The notes beneath the pieces were generated by a model. That model was given only the letters and a program-made list of their open reading frames with translations, did no database searches and was not told the origin of the DNA. A stretch of 63,535 nt of DNA, counting the filler, from Octopus bimaculoides (taxonomy: Eukaryota), in NCBI RefSeq assembly GCF_001194135.2. It is 5 parts of 5 records of this genome, joined end to end, with 100 filler letters (N's around TTAATTAATTAA, not from the genome) between each part and the next. Parts side by side here need not be neighbours in the genome. Positions count along the whole stretch, not along the records: positions 1 to 29,672 come from NC_068983.1; 4 more parts are not named here. One strand, 5' to 3'. Every line of letters starts with the position of its first letter. Position 1 is the first letter of the stretch. Both the position numbers and the translations under genes were made by a program. Below, piece by piece: positions 12,811 to 25,945 of this stretch.

Positions 12811-13511
12811 CCGTGACCATCCCATCTTTTTCCCCAGCTGTCCATTCTATCTCAGCATTATCCAATGTGTTGTTTGATTCTTTGAAGACATTAAACTATG
12901 ATTTGAGAGAGATTTGGCTGCCATTTCTAGCTCGTCGTCCAGCCACATAGTANNNNNNNNNNNNNNNNNNNNNNNNNNNNNNNNNNNNNNNNNNNNNNNN
13001 NNNNNNNNNNNNNNNNNNNNNNNNNNNNNNNNNNNNNNNNNNNNNNNNNNNNNNNNNNNNNNNNNNNNNNNNNNNNNNNNNNNNNNNNNNNNNNNNNNNN
13101 NNNNNNNNNNNNNNNNNNNNNNNNNNNNNNNNNNNNNNNNNNNNNNNNNNNNNNNNNNNNNNNNNNNNNNNNNNNNNNNNNNNNNNNNNNNNNNNNNGGG
13201 GGAGCAGGGTCAGTAGTTGTCATACTTCATGAATATGGAGATAGCATCTCAGCGTGTCAAACGTTGGTGTGTACGTACGTACGTATGTACGTATGTATGT
13301 ATGTATGTGTGCGCGTGTGTATGTGTGTATGTGTGCGCCTGTGTACGTGTGTATGTGTGCACGCGTGTGTAAGTGTGCGTGCGCGCGCGCGAAACATGTT
13401 AAAACCACAGTATATATAGTGTGTTAGCGGCAATTAAAGGACTCACACAAACCAATGTATTATATATGTAGAAACTAAATATACATGTCCACATATATAA
13501 TATATAGAAGG

Positions 13512-13562
<51 letters not shown>

Positions 13563-13609
13563 TGTGTTTTGTATACACACATATGCATATGTGTATATGT
13601 ATGTATGTG

Positions 13610-13790
13610 TGGAGTGGAGTGAAAGCGTCTGAAGAGGCCAGGATAACGCATGGAAGACTCAAAAGCGATCTAAGGAAGAATGTTACGATCGAGAAGATGA
13701 ATGACAATGACCCTTTTGTGTGCACAGTTTGTGACGGACCATGCTTTCCTTCTGCTGGGCTCAAATCTCATTTGTAGACCCATGAAAAAC
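13610..13790 (+). mobile_element. RTE LINE extreme C-terminal fragment (zinc finger)
   Basis: FVCTVCDGPCFPSAGLKSHL*TH resembles the RTE terminal F.C..C...C.S..GL.SH.R.H finger. Confidence 0.6.
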
Positions 13791-13854
13791 GAACCTCCAC
13801 TAACTATTCTGCCTATATGTCTGTGCACACCTTCCAATGCCGTGTATGCCATAA

Positions 13855-14015
13855 AGACTGTCTTTACGTTCAGAGTTCAAATTCCACCGAGGTTGACTTT
13901 GCCTTTCATCCTTTCGGAATCAATAAAATAAATACCAGTCGAACACTGGCGTCAATGTAATCGACTTAACCCCACCCCCGGAAAAATTGCTGACTTGCCA
14001 AAATTTGAAATTAAT
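13855..14015 (+). mobile_element. SINE family B, 5'-truncated
   Basis: Core homology. Confidence 0.8.
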
Positions 14016-15532
14016 ATACCAGGAAATTAGCCTAAAGGTTATAGATCCATTTCTATTTCTTGGCCATATTTTTCTTCGCCTGTATTTCTTGTTTGTCCAT
14101 TTGTACATTTAATATTCAGAAATATAAATTATGTAAATTAATATAAATTATGTAAATTAATATAGATTATATAAATCTAAGAAAATATTTTCNNNNNNNN
14201 NNNNNNNNNNNNNNNNNNNNNNNNNNNNNNNNNNNNNNNNNNNNNNNNNNNNNNNNNNNNNNNNNNNNNNNNNNNNNNNNNNNNNNNNNNNNNNNNNNNN
14301 NNNNNNNNNNNNNNNNNNNNNNNNNNNNNNNNNNNNNNNNNNNNNNNNNNNNNNNNNNNNNNNNNNNNNNNNNNNNNNNNNNNNNNNNNNNNNNNNNNNN
14401 NNNNNNNNNNNNNNNNNNNNNNNNNNNNNNNNNNNNNNNNNNNNNNNNNNNNNNNNNNNNNNNNNNNNNNNNNNNNNNNNNNNNNNNNNNNNNNNNNNNN
14501 NNNNNNNNNNNNNNNNNNNNNNNNNNNNNNNNNNNNNNNNNNNNNNNNNNNNNNNNNNNNNNNNNNNNNNNNNNNNNNNNNNNNNNNNNNNNNNNNNNNN
14601 NNNNNNNNNNNNNNNNNNNNNNNNNNNNNNNNNNNNNNNNNNNNNNNNNNNNNNNNNNNNNNNNNNNNNNNNNNNNNNNNNNNNNNNNNNNNNNNNNNNN
14701 NNNNNNNNNNNNNNNNNNNNNNNNNNNNNNNNNNNNNNNNNNNNNNNNNNNNNNNNNNNNNNNNNNNNNNNNNNNNNNNNNNNTCTCAAAGCCGCCTCCC
14801 TCAATGAGTCACGTGTGTGATGGACGCATATCATTTAAATATTCGGTGATGATATTTTGCAAACAACTTGCACATGCAAGTGCTACCAGTCGAGAACTCC
14901 GAATACCGGAAGCCAGCAAGTGCATGGGGTCATCAGGAGAGAATGCGCGCCGTTTCAGGGCCGACCTTTCGACGGCATCAATGCGCACCGACCCTGAAAT
15001 GAGGCCCCGCTTGCTAGATCAACTGGTTATTAAATAAAGCTCAATATTTCTCTAGCCATCGCTCATCGTCTCTTTTTAACCAAATCCAGTGGCTAGCCTT
15101 TTCCACTGTCGTTTGGATATTGGTCATGGTGGTATTTACTTCACGATGAGTTAGGCCTTACGATAACAGCAGTCGTCTCACACTGTGTAGTAAACCAATG
15201 ACGAAAAGCAACAGCGATCTGCATATTCACGTTCGAATCTGTCAGAATGTATTGAGAATGATCAAATACATTATTATTGATACCTCGTACAATTTTCTTA
15301 ATTTTTTTTTTCACATCCATAAAAAACCGCTACTTTTAAACGATTTCATTTCCTCAGGAAATATGAACTGGTTTTATTTTTCTTTATAAAATGTTATTCA
15401 TTTTGCAGTAGTTTTGTAACTAGAATACTTAATTAAAATTTTATTTTATCGAGTAAAACTGCTGGATCGGCAGTAGTTTTACCCGAGAGGGAATTTCCAA
15501 ACAGAAAATATGCTCGTTTTCAACACACACAC

Positions 15533-15563
<31 letters not shown>

Positions 15564-15994
15564 GAATGAATCTAGTTTTTGTTATTCTAAACTGATATAA
15601 CATAGGTTAGTTGTTTACTGTACCTGACTGGCACTCAGTTGGCCCTCCCTACCGGTCAGTCATTCAAGTACCAACACGGCAAGACATTTCCTCTCTTTCA
15701 ATGATCGCTTGGTGGAGGACGTGTTAACAGCGCCAATCGGCTGTATCCATTTATGTACACGTTCTATGAAAATATACAGCACGCCAGTTTCTACATTCAC
15801 GCACACACACACACGCGAACCATACATATCAGTCGCCACACACACACACAAACGCACGCACAAATACACGCGCACTCTAAACATACACGTATAAATGCAC
15901 ACACGCACTCATGGTACTTATCCCAAAATAGACAAACATGCATTTACACATATTATAGTCAAATACGTGAGTGCTCATGCGTGTGTGCGTGCAC

Positions 15995-16043
<49 letters not shown>

Positions 16044-16478
16044 CATACATACATATATACATACATATATATATACACACACACACACACACATACACAC
16101 ACACACACACACACATATATATTCTTTTACTTGTTTCAGTCATTTGGCCGTGGCCATGCTGGACCACCGCCGTGTGTGTGTGTGTGCGTGTGTATGCACG
16201 CATGTATGTATGCATATGTATACATACATACATGCGTGTATTCTCATATACGTCTAAGACACAAACCTGGGGAATCTAGGATTTTCAAGCAAAGAAAGAG
16301 ATCGACTAATACGGGCTTTACAGATACAATATATAAGTCGAAGAGTAAAAATATTTAAGACTTTTTGAAAGTTCGATTTATAACAATTTTCGTCGTTGTT
16401 ATCCAAACTTCAGTGATAGAGCTTTTATTGCTTTGTTAGAAATCAGATTCTAGGTAGTAGTAGTAGTAGTAGTAGTAG

Positions 16479-16722
16479 GTCACCGGGACGTAAACACATC
16501 GGTTGCCAAGCGATGGTGGGTGGGACAAACACAGACACAAATACATACACACACACACATGTATATATACACATACGACGAGCTCCTTTCAGTTTCCGTC
16601 TACCAAATCCACTCACAAGGCTTTGGTCGGTCCGAGGTTACAGTAGAAGACACTTGCCCAAGGTGCCACGCAGTTGGACTGAACCTGAAACCATGGGGTT
16701 GGGAAGCATGCTTCTTACCACA
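16479..16722 (-). mobile_element. SINE family A
   Basis: Homology to other copies. Confidence 0.9.
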
Positions 16723-17131
16723 CATTTATTGTATGCTTTCCTGCTGTTTCAGATATGCGTTCGTAGTTCAGTCTCGTGGTCACGTGAACTCCTGCTCCCG
16801 TGTTCACAAATTCGAGAAACCTCGCCGGAAACATCTGCGAAAAGCTAAAAATGGGTCGAAAGAAAAATACTTGCAAACCAGCTCAGGACAACGTTGGGTA
16901 CGGGCACACACACACACACACACGCGCACTTATTGTTACTCTTCGTGGTGCGCCAGTCTGTCTCTATGTCTCAATCTGTTTCGTTCTCTCTGCATTTCTC
17001 GAACCTTCTTTATGTATGCACATCAGATAATCATTTGTCTTCATTTAAATTTAAGAAAACCTTTTTATTTGAAATCTATGTCAAATGCTGTTGTTATTAT
17101 TCATACAAATCCCTCTACTCAAGCCCCTGTG

Positions 17132-17176
<45 letters not shown>

Positions 17177-17476
17177 AGATACTCTTAAACCTTATCCGTT
17201 CACATCATTAAACAGATTTCTTCTGCGACTCCCTTTTCTTTCCAACACTTCCGATAAATTGAAAGGTATATCAGAGGAGAAGGTGTTGGAGGGTAAGGAG
17301 GTAGCTCCCGTCTAGACAAAGATGCGGTATTCGGTTTCAATTGCCGGATAAAGTTGTAAATATTCTCCCCTTCATTTCGTGTCACTTCGTGTCCTTAGGG
17401 CTGGCATGAACGCTACAGCATCCTGTTTCTTCTCCGCTATCAATCATAGCCTTAGTGTTTTAACACACACGCACAC

Positions 17477-17536
<60 letters not shown>

Positions 17537-17539
17537 CAG

Positions 17540-17920
17540 GTAATAAGAATACCACGGGTAACTTTTGGCACCATGGATAATATAAAAAATATGGCATGCA
17601 TACAATAATTTAACTTCTATCAAATTTCTTGGTTCTTATACAAAATGATGAAATGAATAAATATATTTTTGAAAGATAAATATTTATTACCTTCAAATTA
17701 AAATTAAATAAATATATCAAATTCCTCATTTGTATAACCCTTCCCACAAGTCCTCTGTCATTTATTCCTCCTCCTCTTCCTCTTCCCTCTCCTCTGTTTC
17801 TGTGATTCTTTTTCTCATGATTCTCTTTTTCTATGATTCTTTTATATGTGAGTAGCGTTCTTTTACTCATTGCTGACCACCGAGCCTAGAATGTGCACTC
17901 ATGCTTCCCATGTCCCTTTT

Positions 17921-18010
<90 letters not shown>

Positions 18011-18180
18011 CTTTCTCTATATGATGCAAAGCGTAAATGGAGAAATCAGCCGACCAATCAGCCGACCAATTAACCAACCAACCAACAATTTATTGATCTC
18101 CGACTTTTTCTATCCAAACGATTTTTAATTCTATATTTACACCCTATTATTTATAGTTAGTCTTCAACCATTAAAAACCA

Positions 18181-18217
<37 letters not shown>

Positions 18218-20620
18218 TCGCTCGCGCGTGCGTATGCGTGTTTGTGTTTGTAAATGTTTTTTTTTTAATTTATTAACTATTTAAAAACGTTTAGAGAGAA
18301 TGTCACAGACCTTTCGGAAAGAAGTGTATTTTGTGTGCAAGTGCTTTCGTTGTTCAGGTTTTCAAGCACACGTGTTCTGGTCTAATCTGTCCGGGTGGAG
18401 GAAGTTGTTTTTAGTAATGGTGTTGAATATTTCAGGTTCTGTTTCGGATTTAGAATTTTTATAAAGTATTTTTCTTTTGCCTTTCGGAGTTGATCATTTT
18501 TGTCTTTTATTTTGTAAAAAGAGAATATTTCGAATTTTCCATTTGCAAAAATGGGAACATTTATAAGAGATGACACTTTAAACTGCTGTGTGTGCACGTT
18601 CACACGGTTAGTTTTGTTCCTGTTTCTCCAATGTAGTCGTCGTTGCATTGTGCACATGTAATATTGTAGATGAAACTTCCCACTGAAGCTCCCCACAGTT
18701 TGTTACCTGAATTATTTCTTTCTCCGACGCAAATCTCGCCTTTGTTAGGAGTCTCTTGGGAGTTGGTGGTTGACTTCGGCTGCCGATGACTTACAATTTT
18801 TAAAATTACTTGTCAGAGATTTGATGATTGATGTACAATTATAAGATAATCCTTTGGCCGAATGTAGGATGAAGTGGGGCCTAGGATTATGGGTAACAGC
18901 AAACGGAGGCAGAGATCAGGATTTCTTTTGCTTTGGTTATGGTTTGATTTATTAGTTTTTTGGCGGGTATTTCTGGTTTGCAAAGAACATATTTAGTTCT
19001 GCCAGTCTTTTCACTCATCTGTTGTTGTCCGTAACTATTGAGCATAAACGTCTTTCCATATTGAATAGTATATTTCTTTTCATCTGGGAAGGGTGTGAAA
19101 GGGTGACAAGATGTAAAATCTGTGCATGTCTGTGTCCTTGCAGTAGAGATCGTTTGTAACTCTCATTTTCTTTAATTATTAGAATGCCCAGAAAAGGAGT
19201 TCCCTTTCATTCATTTCTACGGCAAATGGAATCGATTTAAGAAATCATGCTAGGTCCTCCTTACTTTTGTTCCAAAATATGAAGCAATCATCCAAGAATC
19301 TTTTCCAGTTCCAGTTCCCTGTTAAATAAGATTGGAAATGTTATTCAAAAGTAATTCTAGACAGGTATAAATTATTTCTTCCAGTTATTTCATTACTAGT
19401 GTCGCAAACGTTGGTGCAATTTTCGTCACCATTGCCGAATCTGATATTTGTAGGTAATATCGTTGTCAAAGAAGTAGTTGTTTTCCAGTACCAACCGCGA
19501 TCTTTTAAGTATAAACTCTCTTGGGAATCTCTTCTGGATTCTTTGTGGATATTTGTCTATCCAGAATTCAATCCTAATCCATGGAAGAGGAGATGCATGT
19601 GTAGAGACTGTTGCGTCAGAACTAACAGGGATCGTCTCTTTATCTACTCTTTCTGGAATATGGCGTAGGAATTCATGTGATTTCTAATAAAACTAGAAAC
19701 CAGTTTGCAAAAAGGTTTCAAAATTGTCTGAAATAAGTTGCTTAATCGTTGAGTATAGCTGCAACAATTGAACGCAATTTTAGATCAGATGGCTCGGGAA
19801 TCTTTTCATATAATACATGGAGATCGTTTTAGCTGTTATAGATTTCTTTAGATTTATGGACTTTTGGAAGTCCGTAGAAGTTACTTGTTTTTACCAGCCT
19901 TTATTACTATCATTTTAAAATTTGTCCATTAATTTTTCTGATTTTACTAATCGCTCGTTTATTTGCATTGGTTTCTAATTTCTTTTTTATAGAACTATTG
20001 GTAATTAAATATAATAGTTTTTCATTCAAAAATGTTTGATAACTTCTGTATGATAATTGTCAGTAAGTTTGTTGGTTGGTTGACTGGTTGACTCTCAGTC
20101 ACGCTTATATCGTATATAAAAAGGGGACAGAGAGTAAAAGGGAGATACAGAGAGAATTAACATAAAATATGTAGGATGTGTGCACATTGTAAGTCTGGTG
20201 GCAGGCAATGAGTAAAAGAATGCTAAAACATACGAGGGAGAAAGAGCGAGGATGAGAGGGAGTATGTATGTATACATATATACGGAGAGAATGTGTGTGT
20301 GTGAGAGAGAGAGAGTGTGTGTGAGAGTGTGTCTGTGTGAGAGAGAGAATGTGTGTGTGAGAGAGCGTGTGTGTATGTAAACGGGTGTGAACTTTCATAA
20401 TTAAAAACCAAGAGGAAAAGTAATTTTGTTTTCAAAAAAAATTTTTTTTTTCAATATTTTAATTTATTTTATTTTAAGTTAATAAATATTTTTCTTTTGT
20501 AAATTAATATTCATTTCATCATCTTGTATAAACACCAAGAATCTTAGTCAAAGTTGAATTCTAGTTATTGTATGTACGCCATATTTCCTGATATTACCCA
20601 TGATAGCAAAAGTATACTTC
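17540..20620. repeat. Diverged ~550-bp inverted arms (17540-18130 and 20030-20620) enclosing the Penelope-like ORF
   Basis: Three colinear homologous blocks, e.g. ACTTTTGGCACCATGGATAATAT..AAATATGGC, TTCTTTTACTCATTGC, AACCAACCAACAA. Confidence 0.8.
18382..20050 (-). mobile_element. Degenerate Penelope-like element (Neptune-like): RT followed by C-terminal GIY-YIG endonuclease
   Basis: Minus translation: LKPFCKLVSSFIR, SAM.TKIAPTFATLVM, WKRFLDDCFIFW (FLDD ~19287-19298), TNDLYCKDTD, SCHP, RRLCSIV, and EN C-terminus FEIFSFYK...LRKAKEKYFIKILNP. Confidence 0.88.
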
Positions 20621-21170
20621 CAAGTTCCCTGTCATATGACGAGTAATACTCTATTTTATTTGTATTATTTTAGCAATTGGAGTATAATACCAGGAAGTGG
20701 AAGGGTGGTGCCAGAATAAAAAAATTGGCAGAGAAATGAAAGAAAGAGGGAGTAAAAAAGATGTCAGAGCAAAAGAAACCTAATGCGAAGTAATTTCAGT
20801 TTCAGTTGCATGTTCATTTGTGCGGTTTTAGTCCAGTGAGGATGGTGATTTTTCAGTCCGGTAACGGATACTTCTTGAAATGTCTGCATTTCCCGAATGT
20901 TTCAGAACTGGTATTTCAATAGGGGGTTTCGAGTGTGTAGGTTTTTCACGAAATACCTTTATTTCAAGTGTACACAAATCCCACCTTTTGTTTTAACTTC
21001 TGTAGTGTGAATATCTTGATGATATTCCTTTTAAGTTCGAAGACTTTTCTTTTATATTTTCTTAGAAAAATAAGTTATGTGGCAGAAGTCACCTAGAAGC
21101 GGCACGTAAATGTTATATAGGCATAGCAGAAGATAAATTTTTAAGATTCTATAATCATACGCTCTTCTGC

Positions 21171-21239
<69 letters not shown>

Positions 21240-21299
21240 TAACCGCCCCCATACTTTATATATATATATGCCTTGGATCATAGGGTGACATGCCATGCT

Positions 21300-21648
21300 T
21301 GAGTAGACCTATTGAGTCAAGTTCATCAAAATCAAATGGAAATTGTAGTTGTGATCCCCGTGCTGGTAGCACGTAAAAAGCACCATCCGAATGTAGCCGA
21401 TGCCAGCGTCACCTCGACTGGCTTCCTTGCCGGTGGCACGTAAAAAGCACCATCTAATCGTGGTCGATGCCTGTCCCCTCTGGCTCTCAGAGTGGTTGGC
21501 GTTACGAAGGGCATCCAGCTGTAGAAACTTCGCCAGATCAAATTGGAGCCTGATGCAGTCGCAGGCTCTCCAGACTTCAGTCAAACCGTCCAACCCATGC
21601 CAGCATGGAAAACGGACGTTGAACGATGATGATGATGATGATGATGAT
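21300..21648 (+). mobile_element. Repeat family E (RTE-tail-like element ending in (GAT)n)
   Basis: Internal GCACGTAAAAAGCACCA duplication; GAAGGGCATCCAGCTGTAGAAA...CCAACCCATGCCAGCATGGAAAACGGACGTT.AACGATGATGAT. Confidence 0.85.
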
Positions 21649-21659
21649 ATATATGTGTG

Positions 21660-21900
21660 TGTGTGCGTGCGTGTCTTTGTGTCTGTTTGTTCCTCACCGC
21701 CACTTGACAACCGGTGTTTGTGTGTTTGCGTCCTGTAACTTAGTGATTTCACAAAAGAGACCCTTAGAATAAATAACAGGGTTACGAAAACATAAGTACC
21801 GGTAGGGGGTGGGGTAGATTCATTCGACTAAAACTTCTTCAGGGCAGTGCCCCAGCATGGCCACACTCAAATCACTGAACCAAATAAAAGATAAAGAAAA
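21660..21900 (+). mobile_element. SINE family A, 3' half directly after family E
   Basis: Homology. Confidence 0.75.
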
Positions 21901-22355
21901 AAAACATAAACACATCTGTTGATTCTTAGAGATTTCTTTTATTCATTAAATATTTGTCGATCATATAAGTTTAATAAGTATAATAATAGTAATAATAGTA
22001 ATAACAACAACAACAATATTAATAATAATAAATTTTCTTTGTTATTGTGGAAAGTAGGATTTCATATATCATACTTCACAGGTGTATATCTCTAATATTT
22101 TTTGCTCTGCCGGATAACTTTACCAACAGAACTTCTTTTCAAAGCAATCAAAATGTCCAGATTTTATCCTTTCTTCACCTTTCTTTCTTTTTATTTTTTT
22201 TTTGCATTATATATATTTCAATAAATCAACCCATATGCCTATATATGTCTGTGTGACTGTGTGTGTATGCATACGCACACACACACACGCATATATATAT
22301 GTATATGTGTGTATTTGTATGTATCTATTTATAGGTATCCATATAGACATGTATG

Positions 22356-22388
<33 letters not shown>

Positions 22389-22406
22389 ACATACACACAC
22401 ACATAC

Positions 22407-22461
<55 letters not shown>

Positions 22462-22464
<3 letters not shown>

Positions 22465-22588
22465 GGTATCCACAAAGTCTGGGTACATAGGGATTAACAC
22501 ATACTTTAAGAAATTATTATTTCTTATATTTAATTGTTTATGTTATGATTTTATTTACTCCATGTACCCAGTCTTTGTGGACACCCTG
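22462..22588. mobile_element. Tc1/mariner MITE (127 bp) in a (TA)n tract
   Basis: TIRs CAGGGTATCCACAAAGTCTGGGTACAT / ATGTACCCAGTCTTTGTGGACACCCTG, TA on both sides. Confidence 0.92.
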
Positions 22589-23194
22589 TATATATACACA
22601 CACACATATACATATATATGTAATTATAATAAAGGGTGAAAATCATTAATGATTTTACCAAGGGGTCAGCGCAGAAATAAAAACCTTATAGGTAAATTTT
22701 ACAAATATTTTAATAATTGTATATATAATTACAACAAAGGATTGATGTCTTTTGGCGTCTATTTTTCCAGTGCATGGAGAGGCTTATAGCCAATCCCTTG
22801 TTATGATTATGCATATAATTATTAATATATATATATATATTAATGTGTTTTTATGCTCAATTACAGAAAAAAAATAACAATCTCACATTAATCTGATGGG
22901 GGGGGGGGTTACTCTATACTTTTGTAGAGTATATATAATATTATATATATATATATATATACACATGCACAAACATATATACATGTCTTAATATACACTA
23001 AATTGTCCAGTAGGTCAGTGTTTCTCTCCTATATACATTTTTTGTAGGGGGAGGAGCTATATGCAATTGTACAAAAGGTTTAAACTAATGACAACAACAA
23101 CAACAATAATGATGATGATAATGATAATAATAATAATGATGATGATGATAATGATAATTATGGTGATAATAATAATAATAATAGTAATTATGAT

Positions 23195-23330
23195 AATATT
23201 TACTTGGAACTACAAGCATACGGCATAAGATATAGTCTGTCTGAGGTTCTTGTTGTTACTTGATGGTAGACACAATATCTTCAATCTACATCATAATATT
23301 GGATACTGTGCAACATCTTCAGTAATAATG

Positions 23331-23380
<50 letters not shown>
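23195..23380 (+). mobile_element. R4/Dong-like 3' terminal fragment embedded in (TAA)n
   Basis: LLGTTSIRHKI* (23200-23235) resembles the RLE-clade terminal LLGTA.ILRKVL; short 3' UTR then (TAA)n. Confidence 0.5.
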
Positions 23381-23381
<1 letters not shown>

Positions 23382-23753
23382 CCACTAATAAATGTGATAA
23401 ATTTTATTTGAGCATTTAGCAACCTTTTTACAATAGAATTATTGTCTCGTGGTGCATATGAATGCATTGTAACGAGATTAGGTCTTTCAATATTGGTACA
23501 TTATTCAGGTGCACGATTGCATCATGCACATTATTCCAGTGGGCCATTGTATGACAATTATGAGAATGAAAATGGTTAAGGACTAAATAAGAGAGCTTAA
23601 TTATAAAAGAAATGGCACGAAGTAGGGCAAAAGATGCTTTGAAAGTGAAACACGGACATTATTATCTCGTCCTTTGTTTAGCTTCTCAGCCGTTAGTACA
23701 AGGCTACACATTTTTGATAATGATAATTATAATAACAGCCTCGATAACATGGT

Positions 23754-23825
<72 letters not shown>

Positions 23826-24044
23826 AATTTATAATTCAACTTGAAGCTCCTGTAACAAGGAAAACAACATTTATATATATTTTGACTGACTTGGTTTATA
23901 GTTATAATTAACAAAATTCACAAATTTCTAAAGCATAATTAATTCAATGATTTGCCACACACATATGTATACAGATATAGGTACATGTAAATATATATGT
24001 GCATATATATATAGTATTTCCCTCTATTTAACTATCTCATATCA

Positions 24045-24090
24045 TCTCTGATGAAGGAATATCCTTAATATCCCAGAAACAGCTGTAAGA
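24045..24090 (+). ncRNA. Minimal type-I hammerhead ribozyme motif (Penelope-type)
   Basis: TCT-CTGATGA-A-GGAATAT(CCTTA)ATATCCC-A-GAAAC-AGCT-GTA/AGA: intact core, stem I TCT/AGA, palindromic stem III ACAGCTGT. Confidence 0.75.
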
Positions 24091-24227
24091 CTAACTTTCT
24101 CTTTATAAATGTCCTGAAAATTTCACGCAGCCTTGGCTTTGTTGTCTCATTTTATTTAACACACACACACATATACATACATACATATATATATATATAT
24201 CCACATCTATATCTATATGTATATGTG

Positions 24228-24585
24228 TGGAGACGCAATGGCCCAGTGGTTAGGGAAGCGGACTTGCAGTCGTAGTATCACGATTTCGATTCCCAGACCA
24301 GGCGTTGTGAGTGTTTATTGAGCGAAAAACACCTAAAGCTCCATGAGGCTCCGGCAAGGGATGGTGGCGAACCCTGCTGTACTCTTTCACCACAACTTTC
24401 TTCCTGTTTCTGCTGTACCTGTATTTCAAAGGGGCCAGCCTTGTCACACTGAATCTCCCCAAGAGTTACATTAAGGGTACACGTATCTGTGGAGTACTTA
24501 GCCACTTGCACATTAATTTCATGAGCAAGCTGTTCCATTGATTGGATCAACTGGAAACCTTGTTGTCATAACTGATGGAGTGCCA
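24228..24585 (+). mobile_element. tRNA-derived SINE family C, near full length
   Basis: GGAGACGCAATGGCCCAGTGGTTAGG...TTTCGATTCCC head; tail homologous to 31600-31725. Confidence 0.85.
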
Positions 24586-24630
24586 CGATTATATATATAT
24601 ATATAAACACACACACATATATATATCTAT

Positions 24631-24663
<33 letters not shown>

Positions 24664-25013
24664 CACACACACACATATATGTATGTATATGTTTTAGAAT
24701 AATGGAAAGATGTTAATGATATGTCAGAAAGGATTACTGACATACACCAAAAGTTCCATCCTGTAAGTTCTATTAGTGTCTTAAATATAAAGCCTGAGAT
24801 TTTTAATGGCAATTCTTTTATTCTTCTCTGTGTTTCTGCCCCAAGGGTGTGGCCATGCTAGGGCATTGCCAGTTTTATCACCTTTTCGATGGCTGTTCTC
24901 TTGTAATTGGATTTTAGTGAAGGAGGGAGGAATTGTAAAGATGTCTCTAGACTTAGGCTGACCAAAGCCTTGTGAGTGAATTTGGCAGACGGAAACTGAA
25001 AGAAGCCTGTTGG

Positions 25014-25081
<68 letters not shown>

Positions 25082-25409
25082 TAAAAACATTAAAATATAC
25101 ATGTGTGGTGTGTGTATTTCAAAATAAAATTTGACAGAAAAACACCCCTCCCCTTCAAAAGGGAAAACAGCAACAAATAAGAACTTTGTAGGAATAGAAG
25201 CCATACATATGATTATATGTGTGTAGATGTATGTTTGTATATGTATATATGATGACGATGATGATATATATATCTATATGATATATATATTATATATATA
25301 TGATATATATATCTATATATAATGATATAAGTACATAAGCATGTGTGTTATTATTATTGTTTTCAGAATTGTTTAAAGCATCAGCAAAAAATATTTTGCA
25401 GGATTGTTC

Positions 25410-25773
25410 TGGTTCTCTACATTCTCAGTTCCAATCTTGGCCAAAGTCAACTCTGCTTTTCATCTTGTTTTGAAGTCAATAAAATAAATGCCAACCAATA
25501 TTACTCCAAAACTTCAGGCCTTGGACATAGAGTACAAACAATTATTATTATTATTATTATTATTATTATCGCTGGCCTTTTGCCTAGAAAGAATTGTTGT
25601 TGTTATTGTTATTATTATTATTATTACATTTTGATTTCAAATTCCATCAAGGTTGGCTTTGCCTGTCAACTTTTGGGGGAGGGGTCAATAACATAAATAC
25701 CAGTTGAGCACTGGAGTTGATACAACTTACCTGCTCCCCCCATACTACTGGCCTTCAGCCAAAATTTGAACCC

Positions 25774-25804
<31 letters not shown>

Positions 25805-25945
25805 ATTCTACTGAGGTTGACTTTGCTGTTTATCTTTTTGGGGTTCATGAAATAAGCACCAGTTGAGTACTTGGTGGTCGATGTAATTGACTATCCTCCT
25901 CCCCCCAAATTCCAAGCCTTGTGCTTATAGTAGAAAGGAATATTA
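25410..25945 (+). mobile_element. Three head-to-tail 5'-truncated SINE family B units separated by (ATT)n
   Basis: Units ~25410-25540, 25635-25780 and 25800-25945, each with the TCAAATT...GAC/GGCTTTGC...AATAA.TACCAG core. Confidence 0.75.

Noticed and set aside
14118-14165. Short local tandem duplications (also ~59445-59535)
   Set aside because: Two-unit slippage products with no further structure.
16753-16897. Possible exon (TTTCAG acceptor, GTACGG donor; YAFVVQSRGH...)
   Set aside because: Weak donor, unrecognised peptide and no phase-compatible neighbours found.
24228-24300. tRNA-like sequences at SINE heads
   Set aside because: No complete cloverleaf or acceptor stem, and they continue into SINE bodies; not tRNA genes.
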